Virus record (IMG/VR): IMGVR_UViG_3300030376_001642
Coordinates: 1 to 30,615 of that record
DNA length: 30,615 nt
Direction: 5' to 3' (one strand)
DNA from: a virus
Lineage: Duplodnaviria; Caudoviricetes
Shown: positions 1 through 10,312 of the stretch, in pieces
Position numbering within the stretch: the stretch's first letter is position 1
Layout of the letters: each line of letters starts with the position of its first letter
Made by a program: the position numbers and the translations under genes
The notes under the pieces: model-generated
What the model saw: only the letters and a program-made list of their open reading frames with translations
The model's database searches: none
Told to the model about the DNA's origin: nothing

Positions 1-3000
1 TGATACCACTGGCAAAACCACTAGTTAGACCAGCATCATTATATAGTTCATAAACTGCTATACTACCAAATGTACCAAATAATTTTAAGTATTTTGTTGT
101 GCCATTTAGTGCGGCATATGGAGATCCTGTAAATCCACTTATAACTGCGGCTGTACCATCAACATAATTACCACTACTTGTTAATGAACCTATAGCATCA
201 AAACTGTTACCAACAACACCTGCTCCAAACACATTGTTTGGTGAGTTATCTGCGTTAATAACTTGTCCTGCTAAACTGTAACTGTTGTCATTTCTTTTTA
301 CTACAATTTCTTGGTCACCAACTGTACCAGCACCTCTACTTTGACCATGTGTTACTGTTAATTGAGCACCACTAGTTGCTGAAGTATTGGCATAATTCAT
401 TTTTGCCCAACTCTTCTGTCCTGCTACAGTACTAAAGTCATATGTTGAGTCTACAGCATAACCTGGATTAGGTTGTAGTGCTGGAGCAAAATAGATATCT
501 TCTTTGGTAGTGCCTTTTTCACCTGCGGCAATAACAGTTTTACCATTTTGTGATGCTAGATATATGTGTGCTTTGTTACTGCTACTGCTGTTATCACTGT
601 TGCTCATTACCCCAAAATAAATATTGGTATTTGAACCTAGACTGTGGTCTTCTGAGGCAATAGCATTTATATAAACTGGTGGTCTTAAACTACTAGGTGT
701 TAATGTAGTGCCTGTTGTGGCCTGCCATGCTATTTGACCTAAACTTTGTCCACTTCTTGGATATGTACCAAATGGGTCATCTGAAATTTTACCTTTAGCA
801 CTACTTAATAATACTCTAGGTCCTTGTGAAGCAATAGAATTTTGAAGAGTACTTTCTGTATACTGCTTTATTCCATATTGACTGTTCCAACTGCTACTAC
901 CAAATTCAGTACTGAATGTGGCCTCTCCATCATGTACAATGTTTATACCTTTTGTGGCAAAATTATCGTTTTCAAATCTACTAGATAATGTAGCACCGTC
1001 ACCTACTGTGAAACCATTTTTACTTGCTGTATAACCTAAGTTAGTTGTTAATTTACTTCTTTGTGAGGTATAGTAATCACCATTTGTAATTGTGCCACTT
1101 GCTACACTATTGGTAAGGTCAGCATCTTGTGGTCCATCAACACCATAACTCAAATCATCTGTGCTACCTGTAAATTGAGCAAATTCGATTGATTGAGCAC
1201 TACCGCCACTCCAATCAGCATTTGTTACATATAATTCACCGTATGGTTGATTAGTATCATGTGCGCCATCACCTGTAAATAAACCTGTGCCACTTGCTTG
1301 ACTGAATGTAGCATCTGCTGTGGCATTTTGTGTCATTGTGATCACAAATCCTGTAGCATCTACACTTAGTATTCTAGTTCCTAGTGGGAACGGTGATGTT
1401 GTGCTGTTACCTGTAGAGGCATTAGTTGCCTTAGTAATAAACATACAATTTGCGGCTATGTTGGCAAATGCGTTTGTTCTTTGTCCAGCACTAGGTGTAC
1501 CATACCAAAAGTTTACAGCACTTGCTGTAACTGTTACATTTGGTGAACCTGCTGTAGCAGTACCTTCATGTAGTGTGTTTCTACGCAATCCTGTGCCTGA
1601 ATAACTAGGATATGCTGTTTTCCAATTTAAAGGTCTGTAACCATCTGAGTCTAGTATAAGTGTATCTTGACTTGTTACACTGGCAAAATCTTTTAGTACT
1701 TTTACTGCTTTGGTATTTGTATCTAGTGATATGTTACTAGCACTTTCACTGGCTATGCTGTTTACACTTGTTAAACTATTGCTTAAACTGAATGCGTTAC
1801 CTGTTGATTTAAAGTTACTACCTGGTGTTATTTCTAATGTAGTGTTGCTAGAACTTCCTAGGAACATTTTACCACTTGGTAAAGCCCCTACACTACCTGC
1901 TGGTCCTGTTGGCCCTTGTGGTCCAACTGCTCCTTGTGGTCCTGCTGGTCCTTGTGGTCCATTTGGTCCTGGTACTGTACTTGCTGGTCCTGTTGGTCCA
2001 GTAACACCTAGTTCACCTTTTTGACCTTTATCACCAGCACTACCTTGTGGACCCTGAGCACCTTGAGGCCCTTGAGGTCCTGTATCTCCCTGTGGTCCTT
2101 GTGTTCCTTGTGGTCCAAGTTCTCCTTTCTGACCTTTATCACCAACAGTTCCTTGTGTTCCTTGTGGTCCTTGTGGTCCAGTTGGTCCTTGTGGACCCTG
2201 TGGTCCTTGAGTACCAACTTCTCCTTTTGTACCTTGTGGTCCTGTGGCTCCTTGTGGTCCAGTTGCTCCTTGTGGTCCAGTTGGTCCTATAAGACCTTGT
2301 GGTCCTTGTGGTCCAGTTGGTCCTGTTAGTCCTTGTGTTCCTTGTGGCCCTTGAGCACCTTTATCACCTTTTGTGCCTAATGGTGCTGTTTCTATATTTG
2401 TTATATTTAGATAAGTGTTAGTACCATCATGTATAAAGTTTACTACGTCTACATTACTTGGATTAGTACTAAGTGTACTATAATCATTAGCAAAAATAAC
2501 ATTTGGATAACTAGCACTAGGATAACTGTCTATACCTCTGTTACCTACTACGTCTTGTGTCAAGAATATAGTACCTGTTGTACCTGCTCTTATGTTTGAG
2601 AAACTTATACCACTGACATTACCAGTTAGTGTTGCTGTAAATACTGTACCTGTTGATACATCAAATGATATAGCACCATTTTGATTACCTTTGTCAACTT
2701 TGGTTTCTTGAAATTGTTTTAGTGTTATATCTGATAATGGTGCTACAGTTTCTAAACCACTTGAAGTTAGATATAAGTTTGTGCTACCTTGTGATAGATT
2801 ATCTGTGTTTAAACCACTAAGTGTTACTTCTATATCATTGGCATTTACTTGTAAACCTGTACCAGCACCTACATTTAGTGTTACATCACCTGCTACACCG
2901 CCACCTGTTAAACCACTACCTGCTGTGATACCTGTGATATCACCTACTTGTCCATCAATTGTTAGTGTGTTTGCGGCATCATTATAAGTTAGAGTTATAC

Positions 3001-3460
3001 CTGTACCACCTACTAATAAGTTTGCTACTTGATCATCTACTTTTTCTGCGTTAAAGTCTAAACCATTATCTACAATGTATGATTGTACTCTTGCGTTTGT
3101 GTAATATAAATTTGTGCCTTCTGCTAGGTCTGTAGTTGTTTTACCACTAAACAATGCTGAACTATCAACACTGATTTGTCCGTTTGCTTCTAGATTTACT
3201 GGTGATACGTTTGAAAAATGTGCTAAGACTTCTGCTTGACTAGGTCCTGTGTATGTGAATACACCTGTTCCTGTAGTATATACTAATGATCCATCTCCAC
3301 CTAGATCTGATACACTAAAAGCAGACCTTATGTCTGCGTTACTTACTAAAGCAGTTTCACTAACTACAATGTTGCTAGGCGTAGAGGTGACTGTTACTGC
3401 TGAATTTGTGCTATCAACTGTTATTAATGGAGTTGTAGCGGTGACTGTTACATTTGCCAT
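1..3460 (-). CDS. Long tail fibre / collagen-repeat structural protein, 5' part; runs off the left end and continues through the terminal overlap into 30264..29705 (joined ~1339 aa)
   Basis: ATG at 3460 with upstream GGAG. The frame is open to base 2 ([20 protein letters not shown]...), so the ORF track missed it. Contains TxxLxEGxxNLY motifs, a Gly-X-Y block and T/S/G-rich beta segments. In frame with 29705..30496 across the overlap. Confidence 0.85.
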   Translation of the reverse strand, partial: MANVTVTATTPLITVDSTNSAVTVTSTPSNIVVSETALVSNADIRSAFSVSDLGGDGSLVYTTGTGVFTYTGPSQAEVLAHFSNVSPVNLEANGQISVDSSALFSGKTTTDLAEGTNLYYTNARVQSYIVDNGLDFNAEKVDDQVANLLVGGTGITLTYNDAANTLTIDGQVGDITGITAGSGLTGGGVAGDVTLNVGAGTGLQVNANDIEVTLSGLNTDNLSQGSTNLYLTSSGLETVAPLSDITLKQFQETKVDKGNQNGAISFDVSTGTVFTATLTGNVSGISFSNIRAGTTGTIFLTQDVVGNRGIDSYPSASYPNVIFANDYSTLSTNPSNVDVVNFIHDGTNTYLNITNIETAPLGTKGDKGAQGPQGTQGLTGPTGPQGPQGLIGPTGPQGATGPQGATGPQGTKGEVGTQGPQGPQGPTGPQGPQGTQGTVGDKGQKGELGPQGTQGPQGDTGPQGPQGAQGPQGSAGDKGQKGELGVTGPTGPASTVPGPNGPQGPAGPQGAVGPQGPTGPAGSVGALPSGKMFLGSSSNTTLEITPGSNFKSTGNAFSLSNSLTSVNSIASESASNISLDTNTKAVKVLKDFASVTSQDTLILDSDGYRPLNWKTAYPSYSGTGLRRNTLHEGTATAGSPNVTVTASAVNFWYGTPSAGQRTNAFANIAANCMFITKATNASTGNSTTSPFPLGTRILSVDATGFVITMTQNATADATFSQASGTGLFTGDGAHDTNQPYGELYVTNADWSGGSAQSIEFAQFTGSTDDLSYGVDGPQDADLTNSVASGTITNGDYYTSQRSKLTTNLGYTASKNGFTVGDGATLSSRFENDNFATKGINIVHDGEATFSTEFGSSSWNSQYGIKQYTESTLQNSIASQGPRVLLSSAKGKISDDPFGTYPRSGQSLGQIAWQATTGTTLTPSSLRPPVYINAIASEDHSLGSNTNIYFGVMSNSDNSSSSNKAHIYLASQNGKTVIAAGEKGTTKEDIYFAPALQPNPGYAVDSTYDFSTVAGQKSWAKMNYANTSATSGAQLTVTHGQSRGAGTVGDQEIVVKRNDNSYSLAGQVINADNSPNNVFGAGVVGNSFDAIGSLTSSGNYVDGTAAVISGFTGSPYAALNGTTKYLKLFGTFGSIAVYELYNDAGLTSGFASGI
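3..351. repeat. Terminal direct repeat, left copy (349 bp; circular assembly overlap)
   Basis: Matches 30267..30615 (offset 30264) except for 8 substitutions within 254..279. Confidence 0.95.
1884..2377 (-). repeat. Collagen-like Gly-X-Y repeat (about 50 triplets) within the fibre gene
   Basis: Translation [27 protein letters not shown]...GPAGSV with one interruption ([10 protein letters not shown]). DNA shows 9-bp periodicity (ccttgtggt). Confidence 0.95.
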
Positions 3461-3470
3461 GCTATACTCC

Positions 3471-3977
3471 TTATGTTAGTGTTAGTGCTGTATATCCTGC
3501 TGAAGCACTTGGTTTACCAATACCTCTATCTGGTGAATATCGTTGAATCAATGCCCAACGATGTTCTTCAGTGGTATTAGGTGTTACGCCTGTGTCAGTC
3601 CATTTTACACTGACTACTGTTATTGGTGTTTCGCCTCTACTGTCAGGTATAACATCACCAGCATATAAATTGCCTGGTATTGTGATTGCTACTGTACCTG
3701 CTATGTTACTAATTGGATTAACGTTTGTGCTTGATATTTCTGCGTTAGCAAAACTGCCAATTACTGTTGAATCTGTGAACGAGGGTAATGATGTTGTACG
3801 ATCGTATGTTATTTTGTCTACTACTAATGTTTGTTGGCTTAATTCAAAGTTATAATTTGATATGTCTTTGCCATAGTTGTACGTGAATGTTTTTGCCGTG
3901 TCTTTAAACACTTCTTCGACTTGGACATTGTCTGCCCCGCCTATATAGTTTTTGAAGGATAAAAGTCTTCCGCTCAT
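3471..3977 (-). CDS. Putative virion structural protein (fibre attachment/adaptor?), 168 aa
   Basis: ATG at 3977 (MSGRLLSFK...) has an AGGAG RBS, better than the track's GTG at 4016. Beta-rich, directly upstream of the long fibre. Confidence 0.6.
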   Translation of the reverse strand: MSGRLLSFKNYIGGADNVQVEEVFKDTAKTFTYNYGKDISNYNFELSQQTLVVDKITYDRTTSLPSFTDSTVIGSFANAEISSTNVNPISNIAGTVAITIPGNLYAGDVIPDSRGETPITVVSVKWTDTGVTPNTTEEHRWALIQRYSPDRGIGKPSASAGYTALTLT

Positions 3978-4037
3978 GTTTCTACTCCTGAAGGGTATTC
4001 CTATGTACTGAGGCACATAGGCTTTATATTACTTGTG

Positions 4038-4045
4038 TATTTATC
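4038..4045 (-). promoter_or_regulatory. T4-late-type promoter motif GATAAATA
   Basis: Intergenic, oriented toward 3977 and the long fibre gene. Confidence 0.7.
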
Positions 4046-4047
4046 TA

Positions 4048-5715
4048 TTATGTCTGGAATACACGATATTTCAGTTTAGATCTAACTATAACTGTACCTG
4101 TACCACCTGTTTGTTCGTGTAATTCTTTGCCGCCTTTATTTGCGATAAACTGTACACTACCACCACCACCAATGTTAGCACTTGAACCACCTTGTCCTGG
4201 ATCTCCTGGTCTTGCTAGATAACTGTTGTTACCTGGTCCTTGCGTGTTAAAGTTTAAGTGACCACCTGTCATTAGACTACTACCAGCAAGATAACTGTTA
4301 AAGTCAAAGCCTAGCAAGTCTAAGAATGTGGGTCCACCACCTCCTCCTCCGCCATAGTAGACTGTATTACCTGCTGTATTGAATATTGTGTAACTAACAC
4401 CATCGCCACCATCTCCACCAGTTTTAGCAGAACTGTAACCATTGAATACATTTATTATAGCATTAGCATTGCCTTTACCACCTGTAGCACTAGCACCACC
4501 GCCTCCACCACCGCCAAGTGGTCTACCAGCATTGAAATTGCCTACGCCTGGTCCACCATCTGTGAATGTTGTTGGTGCTGGTGGCCATATACCACCTGAA
4601 CTGAATGCTATTTTAGTGTAAGGTCCATCAGCATATACTTGATTAAATGTTTCTACGTTCAATCCACCTAAACCTGCTCTACCATGTCCAGCACCTTGTC
4701 CACCTTGTGAACCTAAACCACTAGCACTTACTGTAGCATTACCTGGTTTACCTTTAAAGTTTGAACTTAGATTGTTACTCCAACTAGAGAATCTACTTAT
4801 ATCTGATGCTTCACATGCCGCACCACCACCTGAACCACCGTCTCTACCGTCTATGGTATTAGATTGGAAACCTAATTGTTGTATTACATTGCCTGATATA
4901 GTTGTGTTAGGATTGTTAGGTGTACCTTCTCCATTACCTACTATAGGTCGAGCACAACCTCCACCACCGCCTCCATTAGCAGTTAGTGTGGTTAAACTAC
5001 TGACTATACTACTGTCTCTACCATCACTGTTAGCATAACTGTCAAAACTTCCACCTACACCTACTGTGACTGGTAAACTTGAGGTACTGTTAAGGTAAAC
5101 TAGGTCGTTGATGACTTCTCCACCACCACCTCCACCTACTGATGTTACACCTGCGTTAAACACATTGGCAATATTGGCGTTTAGTTGATGTCCTGTAGCA
5201 CCACCTCCACCTACTACAAGTGCTCTTACTCTGTTAAAGTCACTGTACGGTGTTAAACTTGTTATTGATAGGCTACCATTAGCACTGAATACTGTGATAT
5301 TGGCTTCACCATCTGCTGAAAGTGTGCCTGGTATTTGTGGGCCATCTATTTGTAATATATTCACTATACCTGAAGCGAATATAACTTTGCCTACATTTGA
5401 ATTAATTCTACCTGATATATTGATACCAGTTGCTGTGGCATTTTCACTGTCTAATTCTGCTACTACACTTGCTGTGGTACCTGTTATTGTTGCTGTACCA
5501 TTGGCATTTCCTATTAGATCACTGTTTGTAACGCCGCCTAATGACCAAAATAATGTAAGACCGTCAGCACGACTATCACTTAATGTTATATCGAATGTAA
5601 TTATGTTGTCAGCAGAACCACTCACAGTAGAAACTACTGTACCTGTTAGATCAGCAATATCTTTTTGTGGTATGCCTTTGTAATTTGTGTTGTAAAAGAA
5701 TTTATTATCAGCCAT
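4048..5715 (-). CDS. Glycine-rich domain tail fibre / receptor-binding protein
   Basis: VRALVVGGGG...GGGGGG, YYGGGGGG and C-terminal GTGTVIVR pattern typical of phage Gly-rich fibre domains. Lies next to a fibre chaperone. Confidence 0.75.
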   Translation of the reverse strand: MADNKFFYNTNYKGIPQKDIADLTGTVVSTVSGSADNIITFDITLSDSRADGLTLFWSLGGVTNSDLIGNANGTATITGTTASVVAELDSENATATGINISGRINSNVGKVIFASGIVNILQIDGPQIPGTLSADGEANITVFSANGSLSITSLTPYSDFNRVRALVVGGGGATGHQLNANIANVFNAGVTSVGGGGGGEVINDLVYLNSTSSLPVTVGVGGSFDSYANSDGRDSSIVSSLTTLTANGGGGGGCARPIVGNGEGTPNNPNTTISGNVIQQLGFQSNTIDGRDGGSGGGAACEASDISRFSSWSNNLSSNFKGKPGNATVSASGLGSQGGQGAGHGRAGLGGLNVETFNQVYADGPYTKIAFSSGGIWPPAPTTFTDGGPGVGNFNAGRPLGGGGGGGASATGGKGNANAIINVFNGYSSAKTGGDGGDGVSYTIFNTAGNTVYYGGGGGGGPTFLDLLGFDFNSYLAGSSLMTGGHLNFNTQGPGNNSYLARPGDPGQGGSSANIGGGGSVQFIANKGGKELHEQTGGTGTVIVRSKLKYRVFQT

Positions 5716-5723
5716 TATATCTC

Positions 5724-6128
5724 CTAACTTGGTTTTGTTGGATAAACTATATTTGCTACATCTGTAACGTTAGCATTAGTACTAGGTAAATCTCTAAGTG
5801 CTTGTCTATATGTTTGCCATTCTGCTTTTTTACTGTCTGATAATGGTGAATCAACACCTACTGTCCAATCAGTATTTTTTAAATGTACTGTACGATATTC
5901 TCTACAGTATTGTGGTATGTTTATTGTAGGTTCTGGTTTTGATTCTATCACATGTGGGTCTACACTTACATTTACACAATAGTCATCTATTGCGCCACCT
6001 AGGTCATGTTCTAGCACACTCAAATAAGGTCTACCTGTTAACATGCGTTCTAGACTGCTAGGTGCTATTTTTATATTTTGTTCTATATGCCCTGTTGTAT
6101 TGTTATAAATTACTACTTTGTTAATCAT
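5724..6128 (-). CDS. Tail fibre assembly chaperone
   Basis: C-terminal RxxxLxxTDW...D.PLS...W..YRQALRDLP motif of phage tail assembly chaperones. Confidence 0.85.
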   Translation of the reverse strand: MINKVVIYNNTTGHIEQNIKIAPSSLERMLTGRPYLSVLEHDLGGAIDDYCVNVSVDPHVIESKPEPTINIPQYCREYRTVHLKNTDWTVGVDSPLSDSKKAEWQTYRQALRDLPSTNANVTDVANIVYPTKPS

Positions 6129-8509
6129 TAGAATATGTCTCCTTTATTGATCTTAACGAAATCATATTTCATGCCAGTATAACCTATTTGTCCACTACTA
6201 TTAGGAGCCATTGTGTTTTTACCACGCAAGACTACATTTCCTGTACTTAAATCTGGTGATATAGTTATTTTTCTCACTGCCATCAATGTTTCAGGAATAT
6301 CACCACTATTGTTTTTTGATACACCAAATTCTTCACTAGTGGTAACACCTTGTATGTCTGTGAGATTAACTTTACCTCTAAATGTAAAGTCTGCTGTACC
6401 TGAGCCTGGAATTGCTCCTATAGGCGAACCACTGGCAACAAAACTGTAATCTCCAGGTTCTAAACCTTCTAATCCTAGTTTAAAGTCTAGTTCGCGAGGT
6501 GTAAATATATCTTTTACCACTGCTGTGTTTGACATTGATACATTACTTGCTGGTTGATCTTCAATTTGTGTACCTACTGATAAATTTCCTACATCACTTT
6601 TTCCTATCCTCCCTCCAAATTTATCTGGATCGTACATGTTTGCTACACCTGTAATATTACCTACAGGGTTAGTTATAGAACCTGAACTAACTGCGTCTAC
6701 TGTAAATGTAACATCATGTATTGTATCAATACCACCTAAATTACTACCGCTTAGAGTAACAACATCACCTATACTGAAATCTGGTGTACCAGATACCACA
6801 AAGATTGTTGAATATACATTTGGCAGTTGTTTGAATACTGTACAACTACAACTAGTTCCTGTGCCAGTTACACTTTTACTTGGTACACCTATAAATAAAT
6901 TATTAAATATTGATGGGGGTAGAATAGGGTCTTTAACTGGTGGTAAACTTGGTACACCATTACCCTCGTCTTCTTCTTCTGTTTCTGTTACTGTGGCTTC
7001 TATGTATACTTCTCCATTGTATTCTAACAATGTTAATTGACAAGTAATCATGCCTTCAGGCGTAAAGTTTTCTCTGCTACGCATTACCCAAAACAATTTA
7101 TTACTGAAACCATAAACACTATTAGTAAGTTTTACTACATCACCTGCGTCTATTTGTAGTGTACTGAAGTCGCCTTCTAGTGTTACTACCATGCCATATC
7201 TACTTTGATTGAGATTTATGTTTGCCAATTGTGCGCCGTGTATATTGTTATTCAACAATGCCGCTCTAAACGTAAGTTCATTATCAGGCTCACCGCTATT
7301 GCGTTCACTTGCTGGTGTGTTTACTACGACAGAATTCATTTGGTCTTTTCTGTTTTGATCTTGAAATTCTACTTTGACACTATTGTATAGACTGAATAAT
7401 TCTGTACTGCTTACACTCAGTTTGCTAACAACATTGTCGTCATTCAAAACAAAAGCATTTGCTTGTTCATTTGCTGGTATTTCTCTGTTAGGTACTGTTT
7501 TAAATTTGCCTTGTTTGCCATCAAATGTAAAGAATGTGTTACTGTTTTTACATATTCTATCGATATTGTCTAGTACAGTATCTGCTGTATTTAAGTAACC
7601 ATTAATTTGCCATCGATCAATAAAACTAGTAGCACCTCCATAGGCAGAATTTCTTGTAAATGGTATTTGCTCATCACAATAGCCTTTCATTGATGTATTG
7701 CTAGTACCTAATAAACTAGTAGTGTCAATATATGTATTTGAAAGTCCTGCGCCCCATTGTGTATTGTTTAGATACTTTTGTAGCACTTCTCCTGGATTGT
7801 GTATGCTGTTTGTTACATCAAAACTCATTGAACCTAAGCCTGTTAGTCCATTTTCAGCATCATAATCAAGTTCTATCATGGCAAACACCAAGTTTTCCAT
7901 AGTATAGTGTGTTGGTCCAAATACTTTCCAATGTGGCATCATGTTTGTTGCCGCAGTTGATGTTGTAGAACCACCTACTACAGGGAATATTTGATCAGCA
8001 CCATTTGTACTACCAGCATATACTCTAATTCTTATTTTGTCTGACCAATCATTTCTAGTTGTGGCATTAGGATCAGTGTAACTTGCTACTTTGTGTGCGT
8101 TAGCACCTGTACCAAAGTTTAATTTTGCGTCGTTGAAGAATATTTGATTGACTGTGTATGTAGCACCTTCAACGTATTCACTTAACACAATACAGTAACT
8201 CATTGTTTCATTTTGATTACTGATAGCAACATCTGTGATAGGGCCACTCATGAAGTTCTTTCCAAAAGCCACACCTATCCTGTTGTCTGTGTTAGGCGCA
8301 ACCTGTATTTTTACGCCAGGGTCAGGCCCCAGATCTGGTACATCAAATACACCCATTAAATTTGCTGTGGCAATAGCCAAACCACCAGCAACAATCCAAC
8401 CAGCCGCAGTTGCTACAGCAGTACCTATCAGAGTACTACCTAAGAAACCACCGCCTACAGTGATTAACCATCCTGTTACCGCACTTGCTATTGCTGAAAA
8501 AACTGCCAT
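6128..8509 (-). CDS. Tail tip / hub protein (lambda gpJ-like host specificity protein)
   Basis: 793 aa with a hydrophobic N-terminus, followed by IGVAFGKNF, YLNNTQWGAGL and QIDAGDVVKL motifs. Position downstream of the tape measure and distal tail genes. Confidence 0.8.
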   Translation of the reverse strand: MAVFSAIASAVTGWLITVGGGFLGSTLIGTAVATAAGWIVAGGLAIATANLMGVFDVPDLGPDPGVKIQVAPNTDNRIGVAFGKNFMSGPITDVAISNQNETMSYCIVLSEYVEGATYTVNQIFFNDAKLNFGTGANAHKVASYTDPNATTRNDWSDKIRIRVYAGSTNGADQIFPVVGGSTTSTAATNMMPHWKVFGPTHYTMENLVFAMIELDYDAENGLTGLGSMSFDVTNSIHNPGEVLQKYLNNTQWGAGLSNTYIDTTSLLGTSNTSMKGYCDEQIPFTRNSAYGGATSFIDRWQINGYLNTADTVLDNIDRICKNSNTFFTFDGKQGKFKTVPNREIPANEQANAFVLNDDNVVSKLSVSSTELFSLYNSVKVEFQDQNRKDQMNSVVVNTPASERNSGEPDNELTFRAALLNNNIHGAQLANINLNQSRYGMVVTLEGDFSTLQIDAGDVVKLTNSVYGFSNKLFWVMRSRENFTPEGMITCQLTLLEYNGEVYIEATVTETEEEDEGNGVPSLPPVKDPILPPSIFNNLFIGVPSKSVTGTGTSCSCTVFKQLPNVYSTIFVVSGTPDFSIGDVVTLSGSNLGGIDTIHDVTFTVDAVSSGSITNPVGNITGVANMYDPDKFGGRIGKSDVGNLSVGTQIEDQPASNVSMSNTAVVKDIFTPRELDFKLGLEGLEPGDYSFVASGSPIGAIPGSGTADFTFRGKVNLTDIQGVTTSEEFGVSKNNSGDIPETLMAVRKITISPDLSTGNVVLRGKNTMAPNSSGQIGYTGMKYDFVKINKGDIF

Positions 8510-8512
8510 TTG

Positions 8513-8965
8513 TTACTCCGCATAATATATAGTTTCAATTGGTTTGAAACCATATTTCTCTATTTTGATATCTGGTGATTGTTCCATCATTGTCATTGTG
8601 TAACCTGTTATCTTACCAGCATCTTTCATTGCTTTTGCTATACTTAAATATTTGAAAAACAATTTGCCACCTATTGTGCCTTCTCTGTATTTTGGTTCTA
8701 CCCACCATGCCGCTTCACGCATAACTGGTTTTACATTAGGTAACCATAAATCTGGTGTTGGTACACCTATAAAGAAACCTGCTGGTTCACCATTGTGTTC
8801 TGCGTACAACAATATACCTTGTTTGCTTATGCCGTACAATATTTGATCTATATAATCATTGTCGTACTTTGGGTTGTGTAAATAATCAACTGGCGCACTA
8901 TTGGCAAAGTTGATAAACATCTTTTTGATGTTTTTGAAATCTTTTGTGTCTGCTTGTTTAATCAT
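8513..8965 (-). CDS. GNAT-fold acetyltransferase-like protein
   Basis: N-terminal MIKQA, EAAWWVEPKYREGTIGGKL (acetyl-CoA motif A-like) and KYGFKPIE near the C-terminus. Confidence 0.7.
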   Translation of the reverse strand: MIKQADTKDFKNIKKMFINFANSAPVDYLHNPKYDNDYIDQILYGISKQGILLYAEHNGEPAGFFIGVPTPDLWLPNVKPVMREAAWWVEPKYREGTIGGKLFFKYLSIAKAMKDAGKITGYTMTMMEQSPDIKIEKYGFKPIETIYYAE

Positions 8966-8979
8966 ATCTTTATATCCTT

Positions 8980-9654
8980 TTATCTTTGTTCTCTTCTATC
9001 TCTACGGTCATCACGGTTACGGCCACCGCCACCGCCTCCTCCACCGCCACCACCGTAGCCACCTGAACCTCCAGTATATTCTTTACCAAAGTCAAATGTG
9101 GTGTTGAACAGTATAGGGACTCTGTTGAAACTCCTATCTGCTGGGTATAAACGTTTCCTGTCATCAGGATTTGTCTTTTGCCCGTTGATCTTGTTTGCTA
9201 ATACACTAACTAAACCACTTACTATAACTGTAACAGCATAGTCATTTGTTTTAGTTAATACATTAAGTTCTTCATTGATTGTGAAGTTGGTTATTACGCC
9301 ACTGTAACGTGTGTACACTTGGCCTGTAATAAGTTCTAAGTTACCTGTGTCCACAAAACCTCTGCGTAACACTACGTTACCACCTTTTACAGGCGAATTT
9401 AGTACTGCTTGTAGGTAATTTGCTTCAGCAGGTATACCTGTAAGTGATATTTGTATGTCACTTTCTGAATGTTTGAGGTCATCTGTAACTTCAGATACAT
9501 TCAACAAGGCACCAAGTTCAGTATAACTGTTTGAATCATATGTAATTGGTTTATAATTACTGCTGAGATAGTAAACATTACTACCTAACTGTAAATCTAT
9601 CAGTGTGATAGGTGCTATATTGTTACCTTGTACTGCTGTTATTGTTGTAGCCAT
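8980..9654 (-). CDS. Minor tail / baseplate hub protein (gpL/DUF2163-like)
   Basis: LIDLQLG..YYLS, Y.ELGALLNVSEV and IQISLTGIP motifs. Lies between the distal tail and tip genes. Confidence 0.65.
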   Translation of the reverse strand: MATTITAVQGNNIAPITLIDLQLGSNVYYLSSNYKPITYDSNSYTELGALLNVSEVTDDLKHSESDIQISLTGIPAEANYLQAVLNSPVKGGNVVLRRGFVDTGNLELITGQVYTRYSGVITNFTINEELNVLTKTNDYAVTVIVSGLVSVLANKINGQKTNPDDRKRLYPADRSFNRVPILFNTTFDFGKEYTGGSGGYGGGGGGGGGGGRNRDDRRDRREQR

Positions 9655-9661
9655 CTTTTAC

Positions 9662-10312
9662 CTATGTAATTACTTCATAAAACACAAAATTATCTTGAAA
9701 TACAAGAAAATCATGTGGTGCTATACCATAAAGTGGATTTTGTATGGCTTTTACACGCCATGTAACGTCTTTTCCAACATTTATGCCTTTACCACTCACT
9801 GTATAACCAGTTTGTGATAAGAAACCTCTGTGTATAGGTACTGTAACACTTGTGCCACTGTAGGCAACATCCGCTGTTACTGTATAAGGGTACCTATAAT
9901 TGTTATCTAATTGTATGTAATCACCTTTTTTGAATATATTTCCTGTGGGTGATCCTGATACACTGGTTGTATTCAACACAATTTCATTGCCACTAGCACT
10001 TGTTACTGTGACTTGTCCTATTTGTGAGGCACTTAGATTGCCTAGGTATTGTGTTATGTATGCTAAACCAGTATTTGTACTACCAATATTGATTTCTTCT
10101 TCTATGGTAGTGTCTAATCTGTCTAATTCTTCTACTAAATCTCTATTTGTGCTGTATTTTAGACCATCATTCATGCCTACTGTAAAACTGTAAACACTAG
10201 GAAGTCTTTCTGCTGTCTTTAGTATACCACTTCTACTAACTGTACTACTTGTGACTTTACGTCTGTTAACAGTTATAGCAGTTGCGTTGTTAATTATTGT
10301 TTGAAAACTCAT
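9662..10312 (-). CDS. Putative distal tail protein
   Basis: Immediately downstream of the tape measure gene (TAATG coupling), beta-rich, KKGDYIQL motif. Confidence 0.6.
   Translation of the reverse strand: MSFQTIINNATAITVNRRKVTSSTVSRSGILKTAERLPSVYSFTVGMNDGLKYSTNRDLVEELDRLDTTIEEEINIGSTNTGLAYITQYLGNLSASQIGQVTVTSASGNEIVLNTTSVSGSPTGNIFKKGDYIQLDNNYRYPYTVTADVAYSGTSVTVPIHRGFLSQTGYTVSGKGINVGKDVTWRVKAIQNPLYGIAPHDFLVFQDNFVFYEVIT

Noticed and set aside
3-351. Diversity-generating retroelement TR/VR pair (near-identical repeat in a fibre gene)
   Set aside because: No reverse transcriptase is present. Substitutions are not adenine-specific relative to either copy. The copies sit exactly at the contig ends, in the same reading frame.
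2008-2329. ORFs 2008..2217(-), 2021..2329(+) and 2047..2292(+)
   Set aside because: Alternative-frame shadows of the collagen repeat.
1884-2377. CRISPR-like or non-coding tandem repeat
   Set aside because: The 9-bp periodicity is fully explained by Gly-X-Y codons; there is no repeat-spacer structure.
6891-6897. ATAAATA on the plus strand inside the tail-tip gene
   Set aside because: Intragenic and antisense. The 7-mer is expected by chance many times in AT-rich DNA, so only oriented intergenic copies were counted.
8970-9164. 64-aa minus-strand ORF with VAVAV run
   Set aside because: Off-frame reading of the poly-Gly tail of 8980..9654.
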